NCBI RefSeq assembly: GCF_964355755.1
Contig: NC_092670.1
Coordinates: 672,201-736,200, forward strand
Length of the DNA: 64,000 bases
Direction: 5' to 3'
Origin: Antedon mediterranea
Lineage: Eukaryota; Animalia; Echinodermata
Shown here: positions 1-12,100 of the stretch, piece by piece
Layout: each line of letters starts with the position of its first letter
How positions within the stretch are numbered: the stretch's first letter is position 1
Notes under the pieces: generated by a model
What the model was told of the DNA's origin: nothing
Databases searched by the model: none
What the model saw: only the letters and a program-made list of their open reading frames with translations
Program-made: the position numbers and the translations under genes

Positions 1-208
1 TGCTTAAACCACGTTCCCACAGAACCTTTATCGGATAATGTTTTCTTGACGGTGGAATTGCTTAAACACCGTTCCCACAGAACCTTTATCGGATAATGTT
101 TTCTTGACGGGCGAATTGCTTAAACTCCGTTTCCACAGAACCTTTATCGGATAAAGTTTTCTCGGTGGAATTGCTTAAACTCCGTTCCCATAGAACCTTT
201 ATCGGATT
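1..208. repeat. ~58-60 bp tandem repeat, about 3.5 copies, running off the window start
   Basis: Unit tgcttaaac..cgttcccacagaacctttatcggataatgttttcttgacggtggaat. A partial copy recurs at about 3135-3165. Confidence 0.85.
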
Positions 209-836
209 ATCATCGGGTAATGTTTAGCTGTGAACGGCAGGTCAGTTAAATAAAGCAGTTGGCACGTGACCCGCTCGCATACCTCCCTGTTTCATAAACA
301 ACCAGCAGACAACATAATACCTACCTCCTTTTAGTGTTTCTTGTGAGAGATGACGTTCAATATTAATAGCAGGTAGGACAGGAATAGAAGTTGTCATATA
401 CGCCGCCCTATTAATATTCGTTACCGTACATAAATTTAAATTTATTCAATAAAATATTTTGTTAATTGTGTGTTAACAATTATAGGGTTGTGACATTTTA
501 CGTATCGGACAAAACAATTATTAATTATTGTATTTAGTAAGAACATCTGGAATTTCCAGCATGCTGACATACGCCACACATCGAATACTATTATTTGTAA
601 TAATTAGTCACTGGTTGGAGGTACACACCTAATTGGTGACAGTGACTTAGGCTGGTAGTGTCCTTTCCTGGCAGCTAGTGACTATGATTTTATATTTTTT
701 TTTGCGTTGTTGATTTGTATTATATTTGTAAAATGTACCTTTTGCCTTAATAAATAATAATAATAATAATACTAGGCCTAACAATAATAATAATAAACAG
801 TTTAAATCTTTGCAATTTCCGAATAGCAGGCCTAAT

Positions 837-1390
837 TCATATATCATTAAACAAACAAATAAGTTTTATATAAGTTTTGTAATTGGGAGACCAGACAGTA
901 GAGCAGTATTCAAGGTAACTACGAACAATACTTAAATAAAGAGACCGTTTTACATGTGAATTACAATGGAAACTAACACGTTTAACCAGGCCTAACATAC
1001 GATTTGCTTTGGAAATAATACAATTATAATGAGCCTTCCAAGATAAATGAGAATCAATTATGATACCAAGATCATTCATTTCACTAACTCGTTCAATAAT
1101 ATCGTTATTAATTATATAATTAAAAAGAACAGAATTTCAAGATCGGGTAATAGAAATAATTTTACATTTAGAAGTATTAAAATTCAAATCCCATTTTTTA
1201 GACCAGGTGCTCAAAGTATCAATATCAATCTGAAGTGAATGGCAATCCTGGACACTGTGAATTTCTCTGTAACATTTGGCATCATCAGCATAAAGAGCAA
1301 AATTTGTGTCACAACTTAAATTATCAGGCAGATCATTAGGCCTAATATAGGATAAACATTAATGGCCCTAGAATCGATCCCTGTGGGATA
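837..1390 (-). mobile_element. Degraded non-LTR retrotransposon reverse transcriptase fragment (CR1/L2/Jockey-group-like)
   Basis: Minus strand shows PQGSILGP (~1365-1388), ALYADDA (~1278-1299) and DLGIIIDSHLSWKAH...KANRMLGLVKR...LEYCSTVWSP, with frameshifts and stops. Confidence 0.88.
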
Positions 1391-1770
1391 TTAGATAAAT
1401 AATGCAAATATAAATTAAATTCAATGTATTTCAGAGTTTGTTCTTAAAATAAAGCTCGATACGAAGACGAGATTATTTTATTTTTCATCCTAATTCCTTC
1501 ATGATAATCTTTAAGTTAGGCCCCTATTGAAAATAAAAATTAGTTAATTCCCCCCCCCCCTCCCCGGTACACGATTCAGGTCCTAATCGCCAAAGGTGTT
1601 GATTCTAACTGTAATAAATAATGTATATAATGCATATGTCGGTAGCTGTATCAAAATGATAAACACAATACCATTAATGTCTACTGTTCTTTAATAATAT
1701 TATTTGTTAGAAGACAATTGACTAATATACAGTACAATGGTATACCAATCCAAAGGCAAAATACTCGGAG

Positions 1771-1888
1771 AAAAATGAGAATACTCTAACCAGCTAGCTG
1801 AATCTCAATGGAGATACACATAAAAGAAGAAAAATGAGAATACTCTAACCAGCTAGCTGAATCTCAATGGAGATACACATAAAAGAAT
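1771..1888. repeat. 60-bp exact tandem duplication
   Basis: aaaaatgagaatactctaaccagctagctgaatctcaatggagatacacataaaagaa occurs twice. Confidence 0.9.
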
Positions 1889-4212
1889 ACGATGAAAAGT
1901 ACGGTACATGACATTTCACACGCGCGTCCAAACGCTTGATACATGCTATCGGTTTCTGTACGCGCACATAACTGTCATGTGAATGTAAAAATTAATTAAT
2001 TGTCGTACATTGAGTAAACTGTCAAGTCTGTAGCCTGATGTTCACAATTTCACAAAGTAGGCCCGAATTTAACCGAACACAGGCCTATCTCCTGCACTAA
2101 GAAAGACTCCAGTCTTCTCTGCAAATAAATAAATAATGCAAATATAAATTAAATTCAATCAAAATTATTTTTGACAAACCATAACAATACCCTAAAATCC
2201 AGTCGGATTTCAATTCATGAATAAGAGCACATTGTGAGAATTGAACGTTTCTATATAGGCCTATTTGATCATTTTCAAGAATCTAACATGGTCATAAGCA
2301 AACGTTTGCAATATAAAACGTTTTACAGGACGCTGATTTCCCTGGAGGCCATGAATGACAATGTAAACCTCAGCCTTGGTAAATAAATTAAATTTTGTTT
2401 GTACGTAAAATAATTAAATAAGAAGTTTACTGTCTGGTACACTGGAAAAATAATCTTTTACTAAGTATTTTACTGGTTGCCTAATGTTTTTATTGTGTTT
2501 ATTCAACACATTTTTAATAGTATAGCTTACGAAGACAGTTTTCACCGTTGGATGGCACACATTCAGCTCGGTTTTCACAAGTATTTCCGACACATGGGCC
2601 TGAAACATTAATTTAACGAAACACGTATTAGTGGTCACCATAACACTAAAATTTGAGATTTGAGTAGGGGAACTTTAGGCTTTATTTATAAAAGTAGTAT
2701 TGAAAAGTGAAATACAGTACTGTACTTATTTATTATTAGGCTTATATACTGTTAAAGCAAAACTTTGTTTGTGTAAAAATAGGCGCGCCTAAATGAGAAA
2801 AACTTGCTTTACAATTACATTATACTTAGAAAAGATATGCTTAGGCCTACTTGTTGATATTTCGTATAATTTTTTTCAATAACTCACGTACCATTTGACA
2901 TTACGACCGCTGCATACAAGACAAGAAATGCGATTACAAGGAAGGCTCGATTCATTCTGGAGGATTATGTTACTCGGCAGGCTATAAAAAAAGTAGTAAA
3001 ACCTTCCACGAGAATCTTCCAACTCGAATGTTATCCTTAAACCACCCAAAGTTCTTCAACTTAGCTTTAGGACCGTGTTTCCGCAAATCATAACACAAAT
3101 TATCGGTTAAATATCTGATTTCGTGGATAGATCATTATCGGATAATGTTTTCTTGACGGTGGAATCGTGACGCGCGTGCAAGCGTTGATAGGCCTAAAGA
3201 GGTGATAATTACACGTTCGCTTTTTTGGCCACAAAAATAACCGTATTCAACCATAGTCAGTGATAAGTATTAAAATATGGAATAATTATTTAGGGTCAAT
3301 TATTCCTCCATGGCTATAGTAATTATACTAGAAATGACAAAAGGAAAGTGAGTGAGTTTACGAAACAGTGTGATGACGTCAATGACGCGTGAACGTGTAC
3401 GTAAACATTCAAGGGGTTTTTGCGTTAATTCGCATTCATATACCACCCGCTCGCATACCTCCCTGTTTCATAAACAACCAGCAGACAACATAATACCTAC
3501 CTCCTTTTAGTGTTTCTTGTGAGAAATGACGTTCAATATTAATAGCTGTTAGGACAGGAATAGAAGTTGTCATATGCGCCGCCCTATTTATATTCGTGAC
3601 CGTAAATAAATGTAAATTTATTCAATAACATATTTTGTTAATTGTGTGTGTTTATGTTAACAACAATTAATAGGTTTGTGACATTTTACGTATCGAACAA
3701 AACAATTGTTAATTATTGTATTTGTAAAGGTCAAATATAATTAAAAGTTGACATTTAGAATCTGGAATTCATTTAAATACATTTCAACAATCTAACGACA
3801 AATGCTGCCGCACATCGAAGAAACGACGCGTGGAACTTTAAATGATAACGCTTTCTGAACATCTAAAGGATAACAAAAATAACTACTAAAACTATAGATA
3901 ATTTATACCTCTTAATTATTTATTTCAAGTACAAATTAGATGTTTTATGTAAATTAAAATATCAAATAGATGAAGATGATAAAACTAATAAGTATTGTAA
4001 TAAAATAGAATGATTTATATAATTGCATTGCTTTAAATGAGATAAAACGTACCTCTATGATTAAACTTTTGTGTCAACATATTACTTTAATAAAAAAAGT
4101 ACTTATTATCAATGAATATAACAACGACAGAGAAAGGTAACTAATAATCGAATACAAGAAATAGGAATCTAGAACTAAAACATAAAGAAACAATAAGTAT
4201 GGAATTAGTTGT

Positions 4213-5049
4213 TTTAGAGTAGTAGAGGTACAGTATATGTAACCAAACACAGTGTTTAGAGTAGTAGAGGTACAGTATATGTAACCAAACAGTGTTTAGA
4301 GTAGTAGAGGTACAGTATATGTAACCAAACACAGTGTTTAGAGTAGTAGAGGTACAGTATATGTAACCAAACACAGTGTTTAGAGTAGTAGAGGTACAGT
4401 ATATGTAACCAAACACAGTGTTTAGAGTAGTAGAGGTACAGTATATGTAACCAAACAGTGTTTAGAGTAGTAGAGGTACAGTATATGTAACCAAACACAG
4501 TGTTTAGAGTAGTAGAGGTACAGTATATGTAACCAAACACAGTGTTTAGAGTAGTAGAGGTACAGTATATGTAACCAAACACAATGTTTAGAGTAGTAGA
4601 GGTACAGTATATGTAACCAAACACAGTGTTTAGAGTAGTAGAGGTACAGTATATGTAACCAAACACAGTGTTTAGAGTAGTAGAGGTACAGTATATGTAA
4701 CCAAACAGTGTTTAGAGTAGTAGAGGTACAGTATATGTAACCAAACACAGTGTTTAGAGTAGTAGAGGTACAGTATATGTAACCAAACACAGTGTTTAGA
4801 GTAGTAGAGGTACAGTATATGTAACCAAACACAGTGTTTAGAGTAGTAGAGGTACAGTATATGTAACCAAACACAGTGTTTAGAGTAGTAGAGGTACAGT
4901 ATATGTAACCAAACACAGTGTTTAGAGTAGTAGAGGTACAGTATATGTAACCAAACACAGTGTTTAGAGTAGTAGAGGTACAGTATATGTAACCAAACAC
5001 AGTGTTTAGAGTAGTAGAGGTACAGTATATGTAACCAAACACAGTGTTT
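4213..5049. repeat. 42-bp minisatellite, about 20 near-perfect copies
   Basis: Unit tttagagtagtagaggtacagtatatgtaaccaaacacagtg, with three 40-bp variants lacking one ac. Confidence 0.97.
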
Positions 5050-6135
5050 TTATGATTAAAACAAAAATCTCACAATAAAAACAACGAAAGACACAACATA
5101 ATGATTTAACATGAAGAATGAAAGACAATGTCTTAAGTAATGCATATAATATTTTATACTGCATTTTCATCTATTCTCTTTTGTCATTCATTAGTTGATT
5201 TCAAATGTATTTTATTCAAACATCTAAAATAAAAACTACTTACTTAACTTAATGCTACTTAATTACTAATCTTCTCTCTCAAGTGTCTGTTTACTTACAA
5301 TTACTACAATTTTATTTATTTAGTTTCTCATTTTCTATTTTTAACAAAGAATCTGTTGTCCACATGATCAAGTGTTAGTGAAAACGTATCAGTTGATAAA
5401 AATAAATCTTCTTTATATTATATGTTGTTTTTGGAGTTCCTAATTTTGTAATACTATTAATATTGTTGTTTTGAGGGGCCTATTTACTACAAGCTTTATA
5501 TACGTTATTAGTAAAGTAAAATAAAATGAAATTAAATATTTTAGTCATTGGTAATTTGAATATAGTCATGATTTAGCTAATTAACACAATATATGAATAA
5601 CCAACATTCGTATTCTACAGATTGGCCTTTCTCACATAAATAAATATGAAAAAATATCGTCAATTGTATTACTGTTTTTTCTTCAGTTTCACAATGTATG
5701 AAACATATGTGCATTTTCATTTTATTTATTTATTTATTTTTTTATTTTATTATTATTTTTTCATCTTTATGTATTATTTATTTTTAAAACTATAATTCTG
5801 AAAGGCAGCTTGAAATCATAAAAATGTTTTACTATTGAAAACATAATTGTCCAGGATTACTAGTAGTATATTATTACACAATCTATTGTCAATAAAACAG
5901 AAAAAAATAATACTAGTCCAGGCTTACTAGAAAACTGAATTAAGTAAAACATTACTTATAGTATTACACTATCTATTGTCAAAGTGTACAACTTAAAATG
6001 GCTTGATGAATTAAAGTAAATGCTATTCTTTAAATTTATATAGGTTTAATTTTCATTTTTTTTCTTTAAATTAATAAAATTCTCTTCAAATACTAATTAA
6101 GAGTAATTGTTTGTTTTGGTCATAATTTTTTTTTT

Positions 6136-9100
6136 TTACTCCTGTGTAGAGTAAAGTTGAGCAATGGTCTTCCATGCATCTACAGCATGGCTTAGGGTTA
6201 CGCTCTCTGGTAAACTGTCTAGTCCAGTAATTTCAGCATCCGCATTTTTACCATCATAGTATGGTTCCAAGGTCTCAGAAATTCTGAAAATATACATTTT
6301 GTTAGAGAATAAACTATGTGTGGGTGAGTGAGTATGAGTAAGTGTGAGTATGAGTAAGTGTTAGTATGAGTACATGTGCGAGCATGAGTAAGGGTGTGAG
6401 TATGAGTAAGTGTGTGAGCATGAGTAAGTGTGTGAGCATGAGTAAGTGTGTGAGTATGAGTAAGTGTGTGAGTATGAGTAAGTGTGTGAGTAAGAGTAAA
6501 TGTGAGTAAGAGTAAATGTGAGTATGAGTAAGTGTGTGAGTATGAGTAAGTGTGAGTATGAGTAAGTGTGTGAGTATGAGTATGTGTATGAGTAAGTGTG
6601 CGATTATATTTAAGAGTGAGTTTAAGTAAGTGTATGAGTAAGTGTGTGAGTATGAGTAAGTGTATGAGTAAGTGTGTGAGTATTTTTAAGAGTGATTTTA
6701 AGTAAGTGTGTGTGTGTGAGTAAGTGTTCAAGTATGAGTAAGTGTGCAAGCATGTTTAAGTGTGAGTATGAGTATAAAAAATCCTGTCTATAGGATATGA
6801 CCAAATTCGAGGAATCCTTGGGGTACAATATAAACTTACGTCCATTTGGTCCTGTCTTCTTCTGACTGGTGACTTAGATTTAATACAATATACTCATAAA
6901 GTTCCCCACAAAGCTGATCCAATTTAGTAAACCTTAGCTTAGCTATCAGATTATTTTTGTCTTCATCGTTTAGTTTTTGTCGGTAGTCTTCACCAACCCC
7001 ATCAAAAGGATCCTGAAAGTTGCAAAAATATCTTGTTCTAAACTGGCATAGTTATATGGTACGTTAAAGAAAGCTACTAGGTTGCCTGCATGACATCACA
7101 GGATTCAAACTGGGTCTTTTTCATGTTCTTTTTCATTGCTAATTCCTATCTATGTTTACCTGAGAGTTATTGATAAGTCTCACAGCTTTTTCCATTGCTA
7201 ATACCTATCTATGTTTACCTGGGAGTTATTGATAAGTCTCACAGCTTTTTCCATTGCTAATACCTATCTATGTTTACCTGGGAGTTATTGATAAGTCTCA
7301 CAGCTTTTTTCGTTGCTAATACCTATCTATGTTTACCTGAGAGTTATTGATAAGTCTCACAGCTTTTTTCGTTGCTAATACCTATCTATGTTTACCTGAG
7401 AGTTATTGATAAGTCTCACAGCTTTTTCCATTGCTAATTCCTATCTATGTTTAATAATAATAACTTTATTTGAACAGACGCTTTTAGAACAGCGGCACAC
7501 GTTTTATGACGGTGCGTTCATAAGTTTAAAGAAAAAGAAAAGGAAATGAATTATACAATAGTTAATTAACAAATTATTGATAAGTCTCGCAGCTTTTTTC
7601 ATTCCTAATTCCTATCTATGTTTACCTGGGAGTTATTGATAAGTCTCGCAGCTTTTTTCATTCCTAATTCCTATCTAGGTTTACCTGAGAGTTATTGATA
7701 AGTCTCACAGCTTTTTTTCATTTCTAATTCCTATCTATGTTTACCTGGGAGTTATTGATAAGTCTCGCAGCTTTTTTCATTCCTAATTCCTATCTATGTT
7801 TACCTGGGAGTTATTGATAAGTCTCGCAGCTTTTTTCATTCCTAATTCCTATCTAGGTTTACCTGAGAGTTATTGATAAGTCTCACAGCTTTTTTTCATT
7901 TCTAATTCCTATCTATGTTTACCTGAGAGTTATTGATAAGTCTCACAGCTTTTTTCGTTGCTAATTCCTATCTATGTTTACCTGAGAGTTATTGATAAGT
8001 CTCACAGCTTTTTTCATTGCTAATTCCTATCTAGGTTTACCTGAGAGTTATTGATAAGTCTCACAGCTTTTTTCATTCCTAATTCCTATCTATGTTTACC
8101 TGAGAGTTATTGATAAGTCTCGCAGCTTTTTTCATTCCTAATTCCTATCTATGTTTACCTGGGAGTTATTGATAAGTCTCACAGCTTTTTTCATTGCTAA
8201 TTCCTATCTATGTTTACCTGGGAGTTATTGATAAGTCTCACAGCTTTTTTCATTGCTAATTCCTATCTAGGTTTACCTGAGAGTTATTGATAAGTCTCAC
8301 AGCTTTTTTCATTCCTAATTCCTATCTATGTTTACCTGGGAGTTATTGATAAGTCTCGCAGCTTTTTTCATTCCTAATTCCTATCTATGTTTACCTGGGA
8401 GTTATTGATAAGTCTCGCAGCTTTTTTCATTCCTAATTCCTATCTAGGTTTACCTGAGAGTTATTGATAAGTCTCACAGCTTTTTTTATTTCTAATTCCT
8501 ATCTATGTTTACCTGGGAGTTATTGATAAGTCTTGCAGCTTTTTTCATTCCTAATTCCTATCTAGGTTTACCTGAGAGTTATTGATAAGTCTCACAGCTT
8601 TTTTCATTCCTAATTCCTATCTATGTTTACCTGAGAGTTATTGATAAGTCTCGCAGCTTTTTTCATTCCTAATTCCTATCTATGTTTACCTGAGAGTTAT
8701 TGATAAGTCTCGCAGCTTTTTTCATTCCTAATTCCTATCTATGTTTACCTGGGAGTTATTGATAAGTCTCGCAGCTTTTTTCATTCCTAATTCCTATCTA
8801 GGTTTACCTGAGAGTTATTGATAAGTCTCACAGCTTTTTTCATTTCTAATTCCTATCTATGTTTACCTGGGAGTTATTGATAAGTCTTGCAGCTTTTTTC
8901 ATTCCTAATTCCTATCTAGGTTTACCTGAGAGTTATTGATAAGTCTCACAGCTTTTTTCATTCCTAATTCCTATCTAGGTTTACCTGAGAGTTATTGATA
9001 AGTCTTGCAGCTTTTTTCATTCCTAATTCCTATCTATGTTTACCTGAGAGTTATTGATAAGTCTTGCAGCTTTTTTCATTCCTAATTCCTATCTAGGTTT

Positions 9101-12100
9101 ACCTGAGAGTTATTGATAAGTCTTGCAGCTTTTTTCATTCCTAATTCCTATCTAGGTTTACCTGAGAGTTATTGATAAGTCTTGCAGCTTTTTTCATTTC
9201 TAATTCCTATCTATGTTTACCTGGGAGTTATTGATAAGTCTTGCAGCTTTTTTCATTCCTAATTCCTATCTAGGTTTACCTGAGAGTTATTGATAAGTCT
9301 TGCAGCTTTTTTCATTCCTAATTCCTATCTATGTTTACCTGAGAGTTATTGATAAGTCTCACAGCTTTTTTCATTGCTAATTAGGTGATCATTTAGAATA
9401 AAATGATCACCTATTGTTATTGTATGAAATCTTTATTATTATTATTTTTTTTTCTTTTTATTGTTTCTGTACACTATTTTGTGTAACAATTATCTCAAAA
9501 AGTTTAATGTCAATGATTACCAAAATTTCAGAATATCTTTCAATAATATAACTTAATCCTAATCAGCTTTCCAGCGTGATCACTCATCCGTGACGTCATT
9601 TATACGCCATTTTGTGAAATCACATTATCAATCATATCTCCATAGTTCATTATGACATATTAATGAAATTCACTACAGGTAAACTTCAGGTCAAGGGTAA
9701 AAATATTAGCAAATAAAAAGTTGCGCGTTTCAAGGTCATGCACGTGAAATCGCGCATTAAAAATTTAAAACGCGCAAAATTAGGTTTTGATCAATTTAGA
9801 GCATGAATTAGGCCATTTGCACATTTCCAAAAATTACTGCGCAAAAATGCGTTTTTGTGCGCACGATTCTTAAAATGCGTAAAAAATAAAATTTGATGTA
9901 TAAATCACATTCTACTCACAATCGTTAGTACATTCACCAATTTTGAGTCCATTCCGACTTAAAATAACGCTATACGAGCACGTTAAAAATGACAAAATGC
10001 GCACACTAATTGTACAAAAGTGCTAAAAATGGTAAAAAATAAGGACTTTTTAAAATGAATATAACTCTTCAGAATGGCAGATGACCCCCAATTTTTTTAA
10101 CTTATTATGGAAGCCAATAAGTTGTAGATACAAATGTATATACACATTAGACGTACAAAATGGTATGACGTCATCAAATGGCCACTTGAATTTAAAAATT
10201 AGGAATTTTTATCTTTTTGTGTGGGTTATCACATTCAATAGAGCGCATCTCCGTTATTTGAGCCCGATTTTCGCACAACTTTTAGTAGGTGCTTGCTCAA
10301 TTAATTATTCTTCTAATGAGTTGTCAACATTTTTATTTTGATGACGTCATCACGCGTAAAAACTTGAATAACCTAGGTCGTGTAATTTCAGCTACACCAT
10401 ACATTTGAATATCTTATAGCTCTTCAGAATTAAAGGTGACCTTGAAGATTATAACTTATTATGAAAGCTGATGAAATGTAGATATGAATTCATATTAAAA
10501 TTAAGCCTATCGGATGTTGTGATGTTATCATATGGCCAGTTGAAGTTAAAAAGTAGTTTTTAAATTTCTTTAGTCAAAGTTATACAAATTTCAAAGACCG
10601 CGCATTGCGCTTCTACGTGTCAAATTTTCTTCCAATCCTTATATTTATTTGCTCAATTCATTATCTTTCGAAATTGTCATCTTCGAGTTTATTTTGAAAA
10701 TTCCATCATACCAAAAAATTAGAACACGATATGAGTCCCGTAATTTCACCTATGCTACACTGTATATAGACAGTATATACTGTACATATTGTATGGCACA
10801 TAATTGGTAGAACTCAGCACTATGAGTGTATATGCATCATGTCATAGGATGGCGTACATCAACTTTTAACAATCGTATGTTAACGTACATGCATGTGTTA
10901 TGCGCGATTTGAACGATTTGCGCAATTTGAAATTGCGCAAAAAAAATCCTTGCGCAATTTGAATTGAAACATGTGTTTCAAATTGCGCAAGCAACGTATT
11001 AAATTGCGCAAGTAATCTGCAAATTGCGCAAGGTTTTTCGACAGATTGTGAAATCATGCACACCCATATTTTTATAGTAATTTCTAAGAATGATTCAAAA
11101 TTAAAGATAAATATCGCATTTCCTTATTTTAGTAGTGCAAATATTGTTATAAGTTAGCATACCGTCGAAGAACCGACGAAGGAAAACGAAGCGGTGGTGT
11201 TCCACCAGGCGGGCGCGGCGCGGGCGGCCGGCTATACTACTCTAGCCTAGCTAGGGTCTGGACTACTGATACTGACAAAGTTACATGGCCTAGCTTAAAC
11301 TAATATTAAAAACTTAATTTTTACATTTATTTTGATTTATTTCAAGTTACAGTGATAATATTAATTAATTGTAATAATAAATGTTATGTATTTATTATAC
11401 ACATGTTATCTTCGCATTTATTATGTTTTATTTTGAGTTATTTAGTTTCCAATAAAAATTTACAGTTCGTTTTCAAATTGCGCAAAGGTGTCATATTGCG
11501 CAAGAACTATCTTGCGCAATTTACAAATTGTGCAGCGCAATTTAAAATTGCGCAAAGATTTTCTTGCGCAATTTGAAATTGCGCAAGTTGATTGCGCAAT
11601 TTGAAATTGCGCAAAAAAATCCTTGCGCAATTTGAAATTGCGCAAGAATTCTTTGCGCAATTTGAAATTGCGCAAGGATTTTTTTGCGCAATTTCAAATT
11701 GCACAAATCGTTCAAATCGCGCATAACACATGTTTAAAAAATGTTAATTTTATTAAAATGATAAAAATGATCACCTATAATTCGTCAAAGTGACGAATTA
11801 AATTCTAGTTCCTATCTATGTTTACCTGAGAGTTATTGATAAGTCTCACAGCTTTTTTCATTTTTAATTCCTATCTATGTTTACCTGAGAGTTATTGATA
11901 AGTCTCACAGCTTTTTTCATTTTTAATTCCTATCTAGGTTTACCTGAGAGTTATTGATAAGTCTCACAGCTTTTTTCATTTTTAATTCCTATCTAGGTTT
12001 ACCTGAGAGTTATTGATAAGTCTCACAGCTTTTTTCATTTTTAATTCCTATCTAGGTTTACCTGAGAGTTATTGATAAGTCTCACAGCTTTTTTCATTTT

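Larger units (their letters stand above)
269..3725 (+). repeat. ~280 bp direct repeat pair (269-~540 and 3445-~3725)
   Basis: Both copies begin acccgctcgcatacctccctgtttcataaacaaccagcagacaac and stay alignable with scattered differences. Confidence 0.9.

Noticed and set aside
4141-5042. Repetitive ORFs (FGYIYCTSTTLNTV)n
   Set aside because: Translation artefacts of the 42-bp minisatellite, with frames shifting at the 40-bp variants.
6219-6828. His/Thr-rich ORFs
   Set aside because: Simple repeat in the last intron. The real terminal exon 6136-6283 uses another frame.
11352-11731. ORFs with RNFKLRK / AQFQI repeats
   Set aside because: Produced by palindromic MITE repeats.
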